Positions 1-13,300 of a stretch of DNA of 64,000 nucleotides are shown piece after piece. The notes beneath the pieces were generated by a model, which saw nothing but the letters and a program-made list of their open reading frames with translations, ran no database searches and had not been told where the DNA came from. Both the position numbers and the translations under genes were made by a program. The DNA comes from Ramazzottius varieornatus. Its lineage: Eukaryota > Animalia > Tardigrada. Location: NCBI GenBank assembly GCA_001949185.1, contig BDGG01000007.1, forward strand, positions 2,004,730 to 2,068,729. The letters run 5' to 3'. Numbering within the stretch: the stretch's first letter is position 1; every line of letters starts with the position of its first letter.

Positions 1-3000
1 GCTGGACACGCTGGCTCCAAGCATCAAAGATTTCTTGCATGGTCGAGACCAGCTTCTGCTTGAAACTGTCCCCATCCGCCTTCAGCTTCTGACCTTCGAC
101 GTGAGACTCCCAACCACGCCCGATGATGGCTTCTACGCGACTCATCAGGATCGACAGCTGCCTCTCAATCTACAAAGAAAGACAAAAAGAGCAGATGCAG
201 CACCCGCCACATGGCAAGCAAGTCAGCCGGCCACCTCGGCGAGCCTTTCGTCCACCTGCATACTCGTGCAGACGAGGACTGCACAGTTACGTGTATGCAA
301 GTGAATGCTAGACGCCTTCTGGCTCATGTCAGACACCTGCACACCGGCACGCACACTCTCATCTGATATGAGTGTGTGCATGTGGCTGAGAGTGATTTGA
401 AACTGCCTACAGGCTATGGAAATATCTGGCCGAAGAAAAGGTGGAAAAGTTTTACCTGTTTTCCCCACATGACACAGCCGGCTACCGGTGGGATGTCTCG
501 CTGTCGGTTAGCCACGGCAGCTCCACTGTTCTGGTAGCCCACCTTGAACTTGTCGTGAAGATGCTCGATATCTTCCTTCACTTTCTGAATCAACTGCGTC
601 TGGTACTCGCGAATGGCGCCGTGGATCCTTGGTCGGACTAACAGCGCGTTGTACTGCGAGTAGATCCGGAACATCTGTAAAAAGACAACCATCAAGCCAT
701 AGCTTTCGTCGTCTTGAGGATGACCATTGACCTACCTCGTTGGCGTTTCTGGCTGAGCCAAGTTGGTCTCGCAGCCTTTCCGTGATGCGCGACTCAACGC
801 GGTCAATACGTTCTCCATAGCGTCGGACAGCTTCTTCCCAGGCTTCCTGGCCGTCCTTGGACGTGTCCAGGCTGTCGACTTCCTTAATGCACTCGTAGGC
901 TTGGTTGACTTCCTCCACGGCTGTGGCATGAGTGGCCAAGTCCGCTTTGGCATCAGCGGCCTTGTCGCCGCTAGCCGCAGCCAAGGGACCTTCACGTACC
1001 ATCCCCGGCCGCAGAACGCGCGTGATGACCGTCAAAAGCTGCTGATGACCCCAACGAAACCTGTCAAGAGGAAACAGTATCGCCAATCAACATCGATATC
1101 GCACTAATTTTGTACTAATGGCTGACCAACACAAAGTCAACCCAATCGTTTTCCCAAGTGGCCAGCGCTCTGGACTATTAAGACCGACAACGCGCGCCAC
1201 TTGGCAAAACGATCCGGCCAACTTTGTCAGGCTTTCAGTTCTAACTTTACGCTGTGTAGTTTTCGATCGGTCTCTCAGTCTTTTGGTGGTTTTCGTCAAT
1301 GAAAAAAACATGTTGTAGTTCAGGAATCATACTTTTTCATGGCGTCCATGCGAGCCTGGAGAGCTTTATGTCCATGTCCAGCTTGAGCTCGCCACATGAC
1401 TTTTATATTCTCGTCGCGTTTCTTCTTCATCATCTCGCGAATGACGGCGTTGACTTTCTCATACTCGTCCGACCAAGTCATGAAAATCTCCCCGCACTGC
1501 TTCATAATCTTTTCAAACTCGGGATACGGGAAGTGCATCAGGTGCCTCGTTCCCAAAACCTACAAAGCAGACTCCCAATGAGAATAATCTGAACATAATG
1601 ATCTGGAAAACTTTATACAAATGTACCTTCAACATTTGCGCAGTGACATCTCGAGACAACGCCTCGATCAAGTACTGGCATCGAGTGGGCGGATACTTGG
1701 TGTTGCGGACTTTTCTCATGTGTGTGAAGATGGCCCGAATGGCATCGCGGATCTTGTCCAGCGAGGTGGCCGTCAGAAGTTCCTGGATAGGAAAGTCCTT
1801 CATCAGGATGCAGTAGTCAGCCACCAGCTCGGACGTCTGCTTCAACTCCGTATCCGAGTCGAAGCTAAAGAAGGCGCCGAAGCGACGACCATGCTTCAGA
1901 ATCTCCAGCGTCAGGTTGACTTCCTGGCTGTCGCGTTGCTCCTGAATCTTCTGAAGAGCCGTTTCCATGTTCAGCCAGAAGGAAATCTCCTGTAAGGCGG
2001 AACCGGAAGCTGGATCCCTTTCCAGCTTTGTCACCTGTTGAAAAATTCCCCTCACAATTCTCCACTCGAACTTTTCTTAAATTTGTACGTTAACCCAGTT
2101 CGTTATCTCAAGTGGCGCACGCTGCCGGTGTTATCAGCTGATGGAGTGCGCCACTTGGAAAGAGCGGCACATGCTTTCAGTTTTATTGGCTGAGACCGTG
2201 CGCCACTTGAGAAAACAATCGGGGACAACTCGTTCGCCGACGTTCCATTCGGTCTCTGGATATGTCACCTTTTGTGTTTCTTGCTTCCATCTGTTGACCA
2301 AGCTCCACAGGGTGTTCAGGTTCGCGTCGTTGATCCACGGCTCCAAGTCCGCCACGGTGGCTCTTCTTCCTTCTTCCGCTGCCTTCTTGATGGCCGCTGC
2401 GACGGCTGGATGTGGAGTGAGAGTGACTTCGGGGATACCGATATTCTGCTGGAGGTGAAGAAAGACCGTCTCCAGTTCAGCCAACTTTCGTTCGGCACTG
2501 CTGACGATCTTGTCGTTTTCTCTGGAAGAAACAAGCCGCCATCAGTATTGGCTCACTTCGTTTTCAGATGAAAATTCTGTAAGATTCAACAACCTAAAAT
2601 GTAAGGTTCGAAACCGAGACTGTCCGACAGAATTGAAAACAGCCTTTTCTCAAGAACCTCCATTCACTTTTGTCCACAAGCGAAACTCAAGAAGCGGAAT
2701 GCCGTTTTCTCGAGCATTAGAGTGGACTTAAAAGCGAAAAGCGCTAGCGGAGGATCGTACTACGCCGCTCTCGACTCACAGAACACCGTACGACCGGCTG
2801 CGCCATCTGATCAAGTCATCATAGAGCTCGTTTTAAATCACCGTAGCATATTGACACTTACTTTCCGGGCGCATGGTCGCTGTGGATGAACGACTTGAAG
2901 AATGGCGACATGATGCCCGCAATGATGGAATGGAAAACTTCGTGAGGAGATCCATCTTTGAGATCGAAGATGATCACTTGCGAAGCCACATCCTTGTCGG

Positions 3001-3536
3001 CATCGATCGAAGCTCCGCGCTTTAGGATGGCAACGCTGCAAGCAAAAAACCCATCAGTGACGTAATCTGACACCGCCTTGACCACAGACGAAGCGGAACA
3101 ACTAAAGGAGTTACCTGCTGGTGCTGTTTGCTTTGTAAGCAACTTCCGTCGAGATGGTGTACAGCGCCTCACCATTGCCATCATTCGCTTCGTTGGCTTC
3201 ATCTGTGAGTAAGCAAGAAGAGGTTGCCTAAACTGCTGACACGCCTGTTCATCAACCCTCGAGGGTACGAAAAGAAACGTTACCTTTGCGGTAGACTTTC
3301 TGCAAGAGGATAACGCGCGTTTGTGGATCAGAGACAAAGCGTCTGGCTGCCTCCACCGACGCTTTATCCTCAAACATATGATTACGAAGACCGCCAGATG
3401 GTCCAAGTCCAAGAACGACCTGTGCAGTCTTCTTTAAGTAATCCAAGAAACTATCGACGTTGGCCGAAAGGGAAGCGTCGTCCGCAGGTGGTGGAGCAAC
3501 TGCTTCCGCATTCGGGACAATCGGGTCCTCCATCAT
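1..3536 (-). CDS. DYNC1H1: Cytoplasmic dynein 1 heavy chain, N-terminal exons (multi-exon; continues beyond the left edge of the window)
   Basis: Exon translations match the dynein-1 heavy chain tail: MMEDPIV start at 3536; '[22 protein letters not shown]', '[21 protein letters not shown]', '[25 protein letters not shown]|[29 protein letters not shown]', '[20 protein letters not shown]' (exon 1-169). GT-AG introns lie between them. Confidence 0.96.
1155..1203. repeat. Intronic palindromic module CAAGTGGC-N33-GCCACTTG (1 unit)
   Basis: ATCGTTTTCC CAAGTGGC [33 nt] GCCACTTG GCAAAACGATC, in a dynein intron. Confidence 0.85.
2109..2209. repeat. Intronic palindromic module array (2 units, period 52)
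   Basis: Units at 2109-2157 and 2161-2209, both with 33-nt spacers, in a dynein intron. Confidence 0.85.
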
Positions 3537-4130
3537 GGAGAACGATTCAGACCTTTCTCCTCCAACGCCAGCAGAGTCCGGAGCTTCTCTTAAACCTGAA
3601 GCACAGCAAAACAACAACACAAACCATACAAATCGACGTCGAGGTAACATCAAAAAGTAACATCGAAAACGGTAACAAATCAATCAATCCAACACCGGGT
3701 ATTGGGAAGAAACTATCAATTGATGATCGCCTACGGCCTTCGCTGACCAACGTTCCTCCGACCCTCTTCAAGCTTCTTACCTGCCGATCTATGTGCTCCT
3801 TGATCCAGGAGATTAATCCAGATTCTGCGCAACCAGAAGATGGAAGAACAAGTGAACTTCAAGCAAAGATTTAAATTTTCAAACTCGAAGAAAGTGACAA
3901 TCATCAAACAGCTTAAAGCTGAGCGGTAGAGCGGTACTGCGGTACAACCTGTACGAGAACTGAAAAGTTTCCGAGGCGAAGCGGAAAGTTGCACTTGCAA
4001 CCGTGGCTGTCCTGCAGCCTTTGGTTGATTCCTGATTGTAATGATTTACAGTTATTCAAATTCTAAATTCTAAATCGTCCACCTGATTTTTCTTTCCGGT
4101 CTTCCTGTGCTTTTGTAGGTTTTCGGAAAC

Positions 4131-4424
4131 ATGGCAAATGTTCAAGGACTAAGTCAGGACCAGTTGCAGATTGTCGCGGAACTGGAGATCGAGATGATGT
4201 CCGACATGTACCACCGGATGACGAACGGATGCTTCAAAAAGTGCCTTCCACTGAAATTCAGAGATTCGGAGCTGACTAAAGGCGAATCAGTTTGTGTTGA
4301 TCGATGTGTCGCGAAGTACCTGGAAGTACACGACAGGATAGGGAAGAAACTCACCAGCATGTCGATGCAGGACGAGGCGGCGATGAAGCAGATGCAAGCG
4401 AATACGAATGCCATGGCCAAGTAG
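4131..4424 (+). CDS. TIMM10: Mitochondrial intermembrane-space small Tim chaperone Tim10
   Basis: 97 aa ORF with twin CX3C motif (CFKKC...CVDRC) and '[15 protein letters not shown]', '[29 protein letters not shown]'. Confidence 0.96.
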   Translation: MANVQGLSQDQLQIVAELEIEMMSDMYHRMTNGCFKKCLPLKFRDSELTKGESVCVDRCVAKYLEVHDRIGKKLTSMSMQDEAAMKQMQANTNAMAK

Positions 4425-4884
4425 CACCAAGTTGCCATCGTGTAGAGATTTCGTTATTTCTTACCTTCGTTTTGTGCTAAGTATTCTCTGATGGGATGGG
4501 AGCTGTTATCTTCTTGTATTGCGCTCTTTGAGCCACCGTTTTCGTGTTACAGAATAAGTTTGCTCTTCGTTTCCGCTGAAGACTGCTGGCCTGTTGTCGA
4601 GTGCGTTTGATCTCTTCAATCAACGCAGCCAATCAATTGGTGATGCGTCGATGGCAAATAAATCAGACAAGCAACGGCGGAAGTCAATTCACCTGACTGC
4701 AGAAATTACCAAAATGAATCATTTTCAATTCTTCTGAATCTCCTCCAGAAGATTTCTTCGTTTTGTGCTTCCTTGCGCTCGGAGATCGGACTTTTGGGCT
4801 GTAGATCACTGTAAGAGCTACGGTAGATCTCGAAACGGAAGGTTTAATTGTGGATGTTAATCTTGTCGACCACATTCGTTCGCC

Positions 4885-5527
4885 ATGTCAGATAGTGGAC
4901 CTCAAAACATCAATGATACTGACAGCAAAGCTATCCGGAAAGATAAAGCAGGCGGAGATGTGGATGAGAACGATGAAGAACCTCAGGCAAAGCTGGATAA
5001 AGCGAGTGCTCAAAATGCAGCTGACATGGAAAAGGTGACGGATTATTCGGAAGAGAAGGAATTTTCTGCCAGAGGGAATGCCAGCGCGGTGAGCTATGCT
5101 TACGTTTCCTTACTTGCAGCATCTCGTTTCCCGGCCCAGACGGTCATTCGTTTCTTTTTCTGTTTTCAGGTGCTCAGCAATGTGGCTTCGGAGCAAGCAA
5201 AAACAGCGAAAGGACCCGTGGTGATAACTTTGAAGAAAGTGGATATCGATGCATTGGTATGTGGTTGTTTGATTGGTTTTACATACATCAGCACAAGGCT
5301 GCTCTTTCTGAAAGCATCCGGAACCGGAAGTAAGCATTGACGGGCCTCTGTGAATGTAGGTGGACAATTTTGATCTTAAACGGATGTACGCGGAAAGATT
5401 ACTAAAGAAACACGGTGGTGACATGAGAAAAGCAGTGCACGAGCTCCTCCATGGCTGGAAGACGACTGCGACCAGTGTTCAGAATCCTTCCAGCAACGAA
5501 TCACATTCGTCGCAACCGACCAGATGA
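4885..5527 (+). CDS. HYPK: Huntingtin-interacting protein K (3 exons)
   Basis: 'AADMEKVTDYSEEKE', 'VITLKKVDIDAL|VDNFDLKRMYAERLLKKHGGDMRKAVHELL' (UBA-like C-terminus). Canonical splice sites; stop TGA at 5525-5527. Confidence 0.88.
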
Positions 5528-5598
5528 AAGGATACAATCTTCATCGTTTGGTCTCTTCCCCGAGCTGTGGTGAATGCTACTGTTACAACCGCTCATGA

Positions 5599-7772
5599 TT
5601 ACGTTCTCGTGCCATCCTTTTCTGTCCGGTTTATGACAAGCAGCGTGAAAGGTTTGATGTCGTATATTTTCTTCGGTTTATTTGGGCTTCTGGCGTTGGG
5701 TTTATTGACAACCCAGCTGGCTTCTGTCACTTGGGACCTCTGAAGTATTAAACGATGAGTATCACCTACCGATAATTTCTTCACGGTTTCTCTTTGTAAA
5801 ATCTGAGGACTCGAAGATACAGCATTTGGTAGTTGCGGAGAAACAACAGACCGAGCCGCACTTCGCCTCGATGCCAAGGAAGAACTCGGCCTTGACGCAA
5901 CCGATTTTCTGTCTACAGTAACAGAGACCTCTTCCGTGAGTTTGAATTTCTCAGTGGACTCATCGTCAAGAGTTTTAGTCGAGTTTTCCGGTGGTAGAAT
6001 TCCAAAATTAGGAACTGGATCGTCAGTCACAAGATCCCATTCCGGCATTCCTTGCACGTCAGGCAGCTCCAAAAAGTCCGCAAACAAGGAAGCAAAAGAC
6101 GAGGTTGTCCCAGGGCATTCCTCAAATGGTTTTTCAGTTTCGGGAGTGGTCCATGGTCGTTCGAAAGTTGAAATGTCACTGGCTGTTGCAGTGAAAGCAG
6201 GGAAGACGCAATCACCGCTTTCGTTCACAGTAAACTGCTCGTTCGTCCTTCGTTCTTCCGTCTTTGAAAATCTGAACAGCTGAGTGTCTCCGAATGAAAA
6301 CTGTGATAAAGAAGGCTGTGTCAGATGTGGAGGCTGTCGCTGTTCAGAAAGATGTTCCAGTTGGCTGCTCTCTAATTGACGGATTCGTTTCCTTTCGATC
6401 TGTCTCAGCAGCTTTTGATTTTCTTCCTGGACCGCAGCAATCTCCTCTTCTTTAGTTTGTAGAAGCATTCGCTGGTCGTTAAGTACACTTTCAGAGTCAG
6501 CCCAGTTCTGTCGAAGATCTCTGATGTCGTTCAGAAGAACTTTGTGCTTTTCCGACCATCCATAGTCTGCAAAAACAGTTACACGTGACGTCTCGCGGCG
6601 CAATGTTTCCGCAGTGACGTCACGACAGCTATGCGAAATCGTCAAACAGTCTCTTTCTCACCGAAATCTGTAAAGCCTTGCAGTTTCTTTTCTTTCTCTG
6701 CGGTCTGAAACATCAAGCTTTCATTTTCGTTTCGAAGTTTATCCATCAGTATCGCGTGGGAAGTCTTTTCCTTTTCTGTTAAACCTTGGATGGAGATCAG
6801 TTCTTCGTGAAGGGATCGAGCCCTTTCGCTCTTTTCCTTCAGAATCCCTTGCAAATTTTCCAAGTCATACGTTTTCTTACTGCGTTCGATTCGAGCGTTG
6901 TTTCTCGTAAGCTCAAAGGCGGATAGTTGTTTTTCCTCGTCCTCCAAAACGACGTTCGCTGCTGCGAGTTTCGCCTCTTCTTCGATGATGTTTTCCTTGA
7001 CTGACTGAATTTTCTTTTCCGTTTCGGCCAGTCTTTCTTGCTTTGCTCGAACACTGGCAGCGATCTCGATAACCTGCTTCCTGGTTAGTTCAATCTTCTC
7101 TCTTCGCTTGTTTGTTTGATCGGCACAGACTTTCGCTTCCTCACGAAACTTCCGCAAAACATCTTCCGACAAAGTTTGAGGCAGCACAGAAAAACACTTC
7201 GGGCCGAATAAGTCGCTGAGAAAGCTGTGAAGATTCCTCATGTCTTGATCATTATTCAAACATTTCTCGCAAATATCTCGAGCTTTGATTTCTTCCAAAT
7301 CGGTTTGCGTGGAATATCCCACGAATTTTTCCGATAGTTTCCTCAACCGAGTTTCTTGCGCGTTGACGGCATTGACTAATAAGTTCCCCACTTTCTTTGC
7401 AATTATCCCCGCGCTGGTCTTTCTTGCCAGATCGGACGACGGGTCGAGCAACTCATTATTCTCCCGCAGAACATTTTCTACCAAAACCCCGAAACATTGC
7501 ATGAAGGCTAAAAGACGGTCAACCGTTGTTTCCAGAAGAACGACATGCGCAGCTTGGGAAGCTTCCGCATCGCCATGATTAAACTGTGAATTTTCCAACA
7601 AGGCATCGATTGGTAACTCCAGAGCATTTGTCGTTGGATTCTTCCATGATTTAAAAGACGTAATGTAATGTGGCGGAATGTTGTCAATAAGCTGTTGTAT
7701 TTGACTTTGTAATTTGCTGATGCCATAACGCAGCCGATAAATCTCAAATCTGTCACCCAAATTGAAGGCCAT
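5599..7772 (-). CDS. CCDC157: CCDC157-like coiled-coil protein (2 exons, intron 6567-6661)
   Basis: N-terminus 'FKSWKNPTTNALELPIDALLENSQFNHGDAEASQAAHVVLLETTVDRLL' resembles the CCDC157 N-terminal block, followed by a long coiled coil. The two ORFs join in frame through a 95-nt GTGAGA...TTTTGCAG intron. Confidence 0.75.
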
Positions 7773-10314
7773 CTTTTTTTATGCACTAACGAAGAACACA
7801 ATCTCCATTCTCACATTACACTGATGATTGATTGAACTCGGAAATGACCGGGACTTGCTGTATAAAAGGAAGATAGTGCGTTGGCCATGAACGTTGCTCG
7901 GCGATAGTTGCCGGCTCAAACATAATTTACTGCTCGTAAATAACTACATCGGTCTGTGCTAGATTTATCTCAACGAATGCCAGCATGTCGATCGCGATGA
8001 CCACGGATCCGCAACAATGAGCAAATCAATTCCGCCACGCACAGTATGCGGCGTAATGGCCTCCCCAAATGTCCAAATGTTTCGAGAATGTCCACTGCCC
8101 GCTTTTGACCGCTGCCAGTCTCTAATCAACAACCCTAATCTCTCCCTTCTGAACTTGTTTATGATATCAACCCACACATACTCGTTAGCGAGATTTATAA
8201 CCGATGCATGCAAACATTCTAATCCGCTGCCTAATTAACATTTTGATTTTTACGAGATGAAAGGTCATATTGATAATCTTACGAATAAGCTGCTACCGAC
8301 AAATGCAGAAGAATGGCAAGTCTGCATCTCAAAAGCGTTCCGAATCTGTATTGTTTTCAGTTGTACATGTCCACATATATCGCCCGAAGATTAGAATATC
8401 CGCTACATGGTGTAGACTATTGTACTCGGTATTTTCAAAAATGACGCGGCAGACGATGGTTTTGTTTCCAACAGCGGCAGTTATTGTGCAGCGCTTTCGT
8501 ATGCAGCACGGTGTTCCGGCTTGAGATATTTTTTCGGATTAGAACTGCCTCTTTTCTTTCGGATTTGAAAGTCAGGCTCCCTAGCAAAGTCGATGGAAGT
8601 GACAGTTACGGCTAAAATGCGGTCGGTGCGCCCTCCCAGTGGTATTTATGCGTCGAGGCAGTCATATCTCGTATATTTGATGCATAATGATTAACCCAGA
8701 ATTAAGGCAATTGATGGGCGACGTGATAAATATTAATGACGTTTTGTATCCTTTGTTTCGTCGGAAGAGGACTCTAGCTCTTCAGCCCCTTGTGGACTTG
8801 ATGTGAGCTGACGGCAGAGACAACACACAGGATGAAGAGCCATTGAGTACAGTGGAGCGTTCATGATGGCGTGAAGCACGCCAGCCTTGATTGCGCACAC
8901 AGGAAATGCGCCTTCCCTCCTCTACATCCTTCTGGTCATTGCGTTGGTCCTTGCCTGGTCGGCACCAGCGATGATGGCCTGATGAAACTTTTAAACGTCT
9001 CACGCAGCCCGCTTACTCAATCGTATTTGCCCTCCAAATGAAGCAATATTTCCATCGATCGCGTGACGAGATGGAAAGTAAGTTAGTTGGACAAACGTGC
9101 GATGAATCAGCCACTTTGCTCGCTCACTATGGGACCAGGAACTCCTGGACTGTCATTGCATAACCAACGCAGGACTCGTCAACTATTTTTACATATGACC
9201 CACTTTGAGCATTTAGCTCACCTATTCGCTCATTCAATCAACAGGAAAATTATCGGAAGTTTACCGTAGGTATAAAAAGGATACTGCCATAGAACATCGA
9301 CGTAAATCAAGAATACCGAGGCGATCATGGAGGATTCCTAGTCAGGATGGCGCTAGCGAATGGGCGATGGTCGGTATTGTGCATGTATATCGTAGGAAAA
9401 ATGAGGAAAATTATGAATATTTAGTTTCGTTCCTGCGGACACCGTCTAGTTGGTTGGGCTGTTCTGGGACTGTCCACAGCCTGATGGCAGTCTTGAACAA
9501 GGTGTGTGCTGGTGCGGGAGAGAGGCAGGTCCAAAAGATGCGAATAACAGTATCATCAGAGCGGCGGGCAACGCCCAACTTTCCTTCTCTTCTCTTTCCG
9601 AACTCTCTGAAAGAAGACTGAGTGATGGGAGACTTGTTTTGGTTAGTTCAAAGGAAGAAGTGAAGCACCAGCTTGAGCGTACATTCCTCATGGCGCAGTA
9701 ATAATGACTTGCTGGCACTCTTGGATATGCTCGTTCACACTACTCGAGGGTGTCATTTGAAATATCTTGTCCTGTATACGCGACGCGCCGGTATGTCCGC
9801 TTTCGTTTGCTAACTTTCACGGGCCGCACTACATTCACAGCTCTGAATACTTTGCCGGGCTTACAATAACATTTGAGCTATTCCGGCCTACTAATCGCTC
9901 TACCACGGCCCGTAGTACTGATCGCTTGTGCCGCCAACCCGACTCAATATATCGAACGGAAGGAGTACTTTCAGTTTCAGCCTGAGCGTGTCAGCTGCCT
10001 GCCGCTGTTACGACTAATATACTTGGATTACTGCGCGGGTAAAACGAGAACCCATTGACCAACATAAATTCTTGCGCGCTCACTCTCTCTTTCTTTAGGC
10101 CATTTATGCATGGTGAATTGGCTGGATATTTGATCTTTATTTCCTCCATCTTCTATGCCGCATTCAGCGCTCTCTTCGATTTCTGCGTGCAGCCCACGCA
10201 CGAAGCAGTGAAATTTGACTGCCGCAGGTCTTTATCCCCATTTGGGGCGCAAATTTCCGTTTGAGCTCCAGCCAATATATATATTACAGTAGCAGCTTTG
10301 AGGGATCGCGAGGC

Positions 10315-13300
10315 ATGGATTATAAGCGGATTGAGTCAGAGCTGCGTTGTGTGGTATGCTGTGATCTCTTCAAATATCCCGTAATGCTGCCCTGTGGTCA
10401 TAATATCTGCGCCGGCTGCAGCGACAAGTGTTTGTCCAACCCGAACAGTGCGGCCCATATTACCGTCTCCTCGCCTGCATCCTCCACTTCCTCCTCCAAC
10501 TCGCAAGCAAGCCGGCGCTTGTCCCAGGAAAGTCTGGAGAAGTTGCAGCAGGGCGATGGTGTGGACAAGGATGTCCACTCGGCACTGGAAAGTGACCAAA
10601 TTAGTATGGTCTCTGACGCCGACAGTGGAGTGGTCTGCGGAAGCTCAGCCAGCAATAAACGCGATAGTTTCCTCAGCGCCAATGGATCAGAACGAGGTAC
10701 GCTAATAAACCCATCAAAATTACATTGATCTCCAATTTGTTACTTTTAGTTGCGCCTTCGTATCTTTGTTTTGCATGTGTGAAACAACACTAGTGCCTAG
10801 ATTGTTGCTTTTTGTACGTCTTGTCCTAACGATGCTCTGGTTTTACCGGCGGTGTGGAGCATTTTGAACAAAGGCGCACTTGTGACTTTGGACCAACTGT
10901 GGGTCGCATTCTTACTTGAATATTTACACTGGAGGATGATAGTGGGTTTCCATGTTGATTCTAGCGTAAAGCGAGTGTTGTTAGTAGTAAAGCACACTTT
11001 ACAATCTGCCCATGCTTTTTACGCTGTACGCTGTAGTGTTGACGTTCTAGCGTTGTTGCTTTTTGCAGGTCTGTCCAGCCTGACATGTCCCTATAGTCGT
11101 TGCCAAAAAGTCTTTTTGAGCGAGGAGGGAAAGGCCTCCTTTCCTCCCAACCGTCTGATGATGAAAATTCTGTCCAAATACACCTCCTCCATGCTCAGTT
11201 CGCCGGTCAGTACCCCCACTTCCTCCTCGGCTTTCCCGCCATTGTGCCAACTATGCGAGAACGATAGCGGCAAGGTCGCCGTCGTCTTCTGCCAACAGTG
11301 TGACATTTACTATTGTCAAGCCTGTCGAGACAGTTTCCATCCGCAACGAGGCCCATTAGTGGCCCACAAGCTGCTGCCGCTGGATAAAGGCTCGTTGCCC
11401 GGATTAAGCCCGGCCAAAGACTCGCCGCAACAGCAATTACTTCTCCATAATACCTATGTCAGCGCCGCCCTGGAACAACAAAAGTGCCCCTTGCATAGCC
11501 ATGAATACACCATGTACTGTACTCCCTGTCGACTACCGCTGTGCTGGAGATGCCTGGAGAAGGATACCTTACACCAGGAACAACACGATGTCCAAAGTCT
11601 CCAAGGTTTATCCAAAGCCAGAAAGGTCAGAAAAACTAGAACATTGTGGGTGGTACATGTCAGTAATTAATCGATGGCAGATTATAATGCTGTCCTCCTT
11701 GAATGTCGTGATGGCCTGAGAGGGGTATACAGTACATAGGGGCCAAGTAGGGTGGGAGATCTGGTGAGAAATGTGTCTGATAAAGTAGTCACGTATGGCC
11801 CTTAATATTAACACGTTTTTGTCAACGTGGGTAAACATAGCTGCTATCCATTCATTCTGTCTCCACGTGACAGAACAATTACAACTTGATGCTAAATCTC
11901 TTCCATGTGATGGATGCCATGAAGTGTGATGGGAAGCACAGGTCAATGCTGAAATCGTAACAGTGGCGCATTCACCGAGTCTAATTCCCATCTGCGAGTC
12001 GCAGGGTAAAAACTTGCCCTCTGCCGTTGAAAGTCTAGATTGTCTCCTTTCCGCAACAAGGAACTTCCATGATGATGGTAGTTTTTGCATGCTTGAGCAG
12101 ATGTAAGTGTTTCGCATGTCAAGGAAGAGCCAGGTGAAAACGTGGCAGTTGACTTCCGAACTGGCCTTTTTTTTATGAGACATCTACACATTGGATGTTA
12201 CAAGATCCGGCAGCCTTCTTGCTAGTCCTGACGGATCTGATTTGCGTCTGAAACAGCTGCTGGCTTGTTGGGTGCTTGAGATGTAATAGTTGGAGCATTG
12301 AAGAAGGAGCTTTTATCGACAGTTTAGACTTGGCTTGGATGGCGTAACCGTCCAACACCTCCAGCTGTTGGGCAGAGCTGTCAGACCAACCGTCCACCGC
12401 ATTGATACCGCGCCACAATTTATGGCAATGGGCGACTGCAGACGAAACTTTGATGTGCTCGCTCCTCTAGCCCATGGTGAGATGAAGCGAGGTGTCAGTC
12501 GGCAGCTGGTGCGCACTTGGCTGCAAGGATGCTGCTCATCAGTCCATCGCCGATATTATGTTGTAATTACAGCTGACGCGTCGACAATCACCGCTATGAA
12601 GACAATAGAGAATAACAAAGGTGCTTGTACATGAGTTCTTTGCTCTCCTTACGACTTATTTCCCTGATGGAGAAGTGCTTGGAATGAAAAGAATAGGTGC
12701 AAGATGGCACGCGCCAACGGTGAATGAAGCGTCGGAATCGGGCTTAATGTCTTTGCATGGTCGAGCGACAAGACAATTGGCCATTGTAACGCTGGACATG
12801 TAAGTCTGTTGTGTCTATGCGGGCTGATTAATGAGCACTGCTCCCCACCTTGTCTTGCCCATGTCACTTTGCGCGCTGTACGCTTGACTGGATGGCGCCA
12901 GCCTGGCCGACACTCAAGTGGCAAAAGACAAATGACCAACACATGTTGCGACTTGAGCTTGAGCCTTTTGAGGGCATGAAGGAAGATGCTGGCTTGGCTA
13001 GACACCAACTGCTCCCCCCCTCACCTCTAACGCGACGATGTCCCGCTAAGCTCCACGCTTCCAACAAATAACCCCATAAAGACAAAGTTCAGCAAAAGGA
13101 AGCCGCCCACCTTTAATAGTGCAGAACTTTGGCCTTCTTACTATCATTCGTTCCGGCAACTGACGATTCCATCAGAATGCAAGGTTCGACCAGTTGAAGG
13201 TTTTACACTACGATGACTGTATTGCGGAAGATAGCGTTGTCTCCGCGCTGAGCGAAACGCCGAAGAAGCCTTCTTGGATCGGTACAGTTTTTCCGTTAAA

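Noticed and set aside
3323-3874. 183-aa plus-strand ORF and similar ORFs antisense to real exons (e.g. 763-1107, 38906-39493, 54553-55032)
   Set aside because: They are shadow frames of coding exons on the other strand.
5599-6645. Separate 348-aa gene overlapping the upstream ORF by 4 nt (operon-like coupling)
   Set aside because: Explained by a 95-nt GT-AG intron that joins both ORFs into one CCDC157-like gene.
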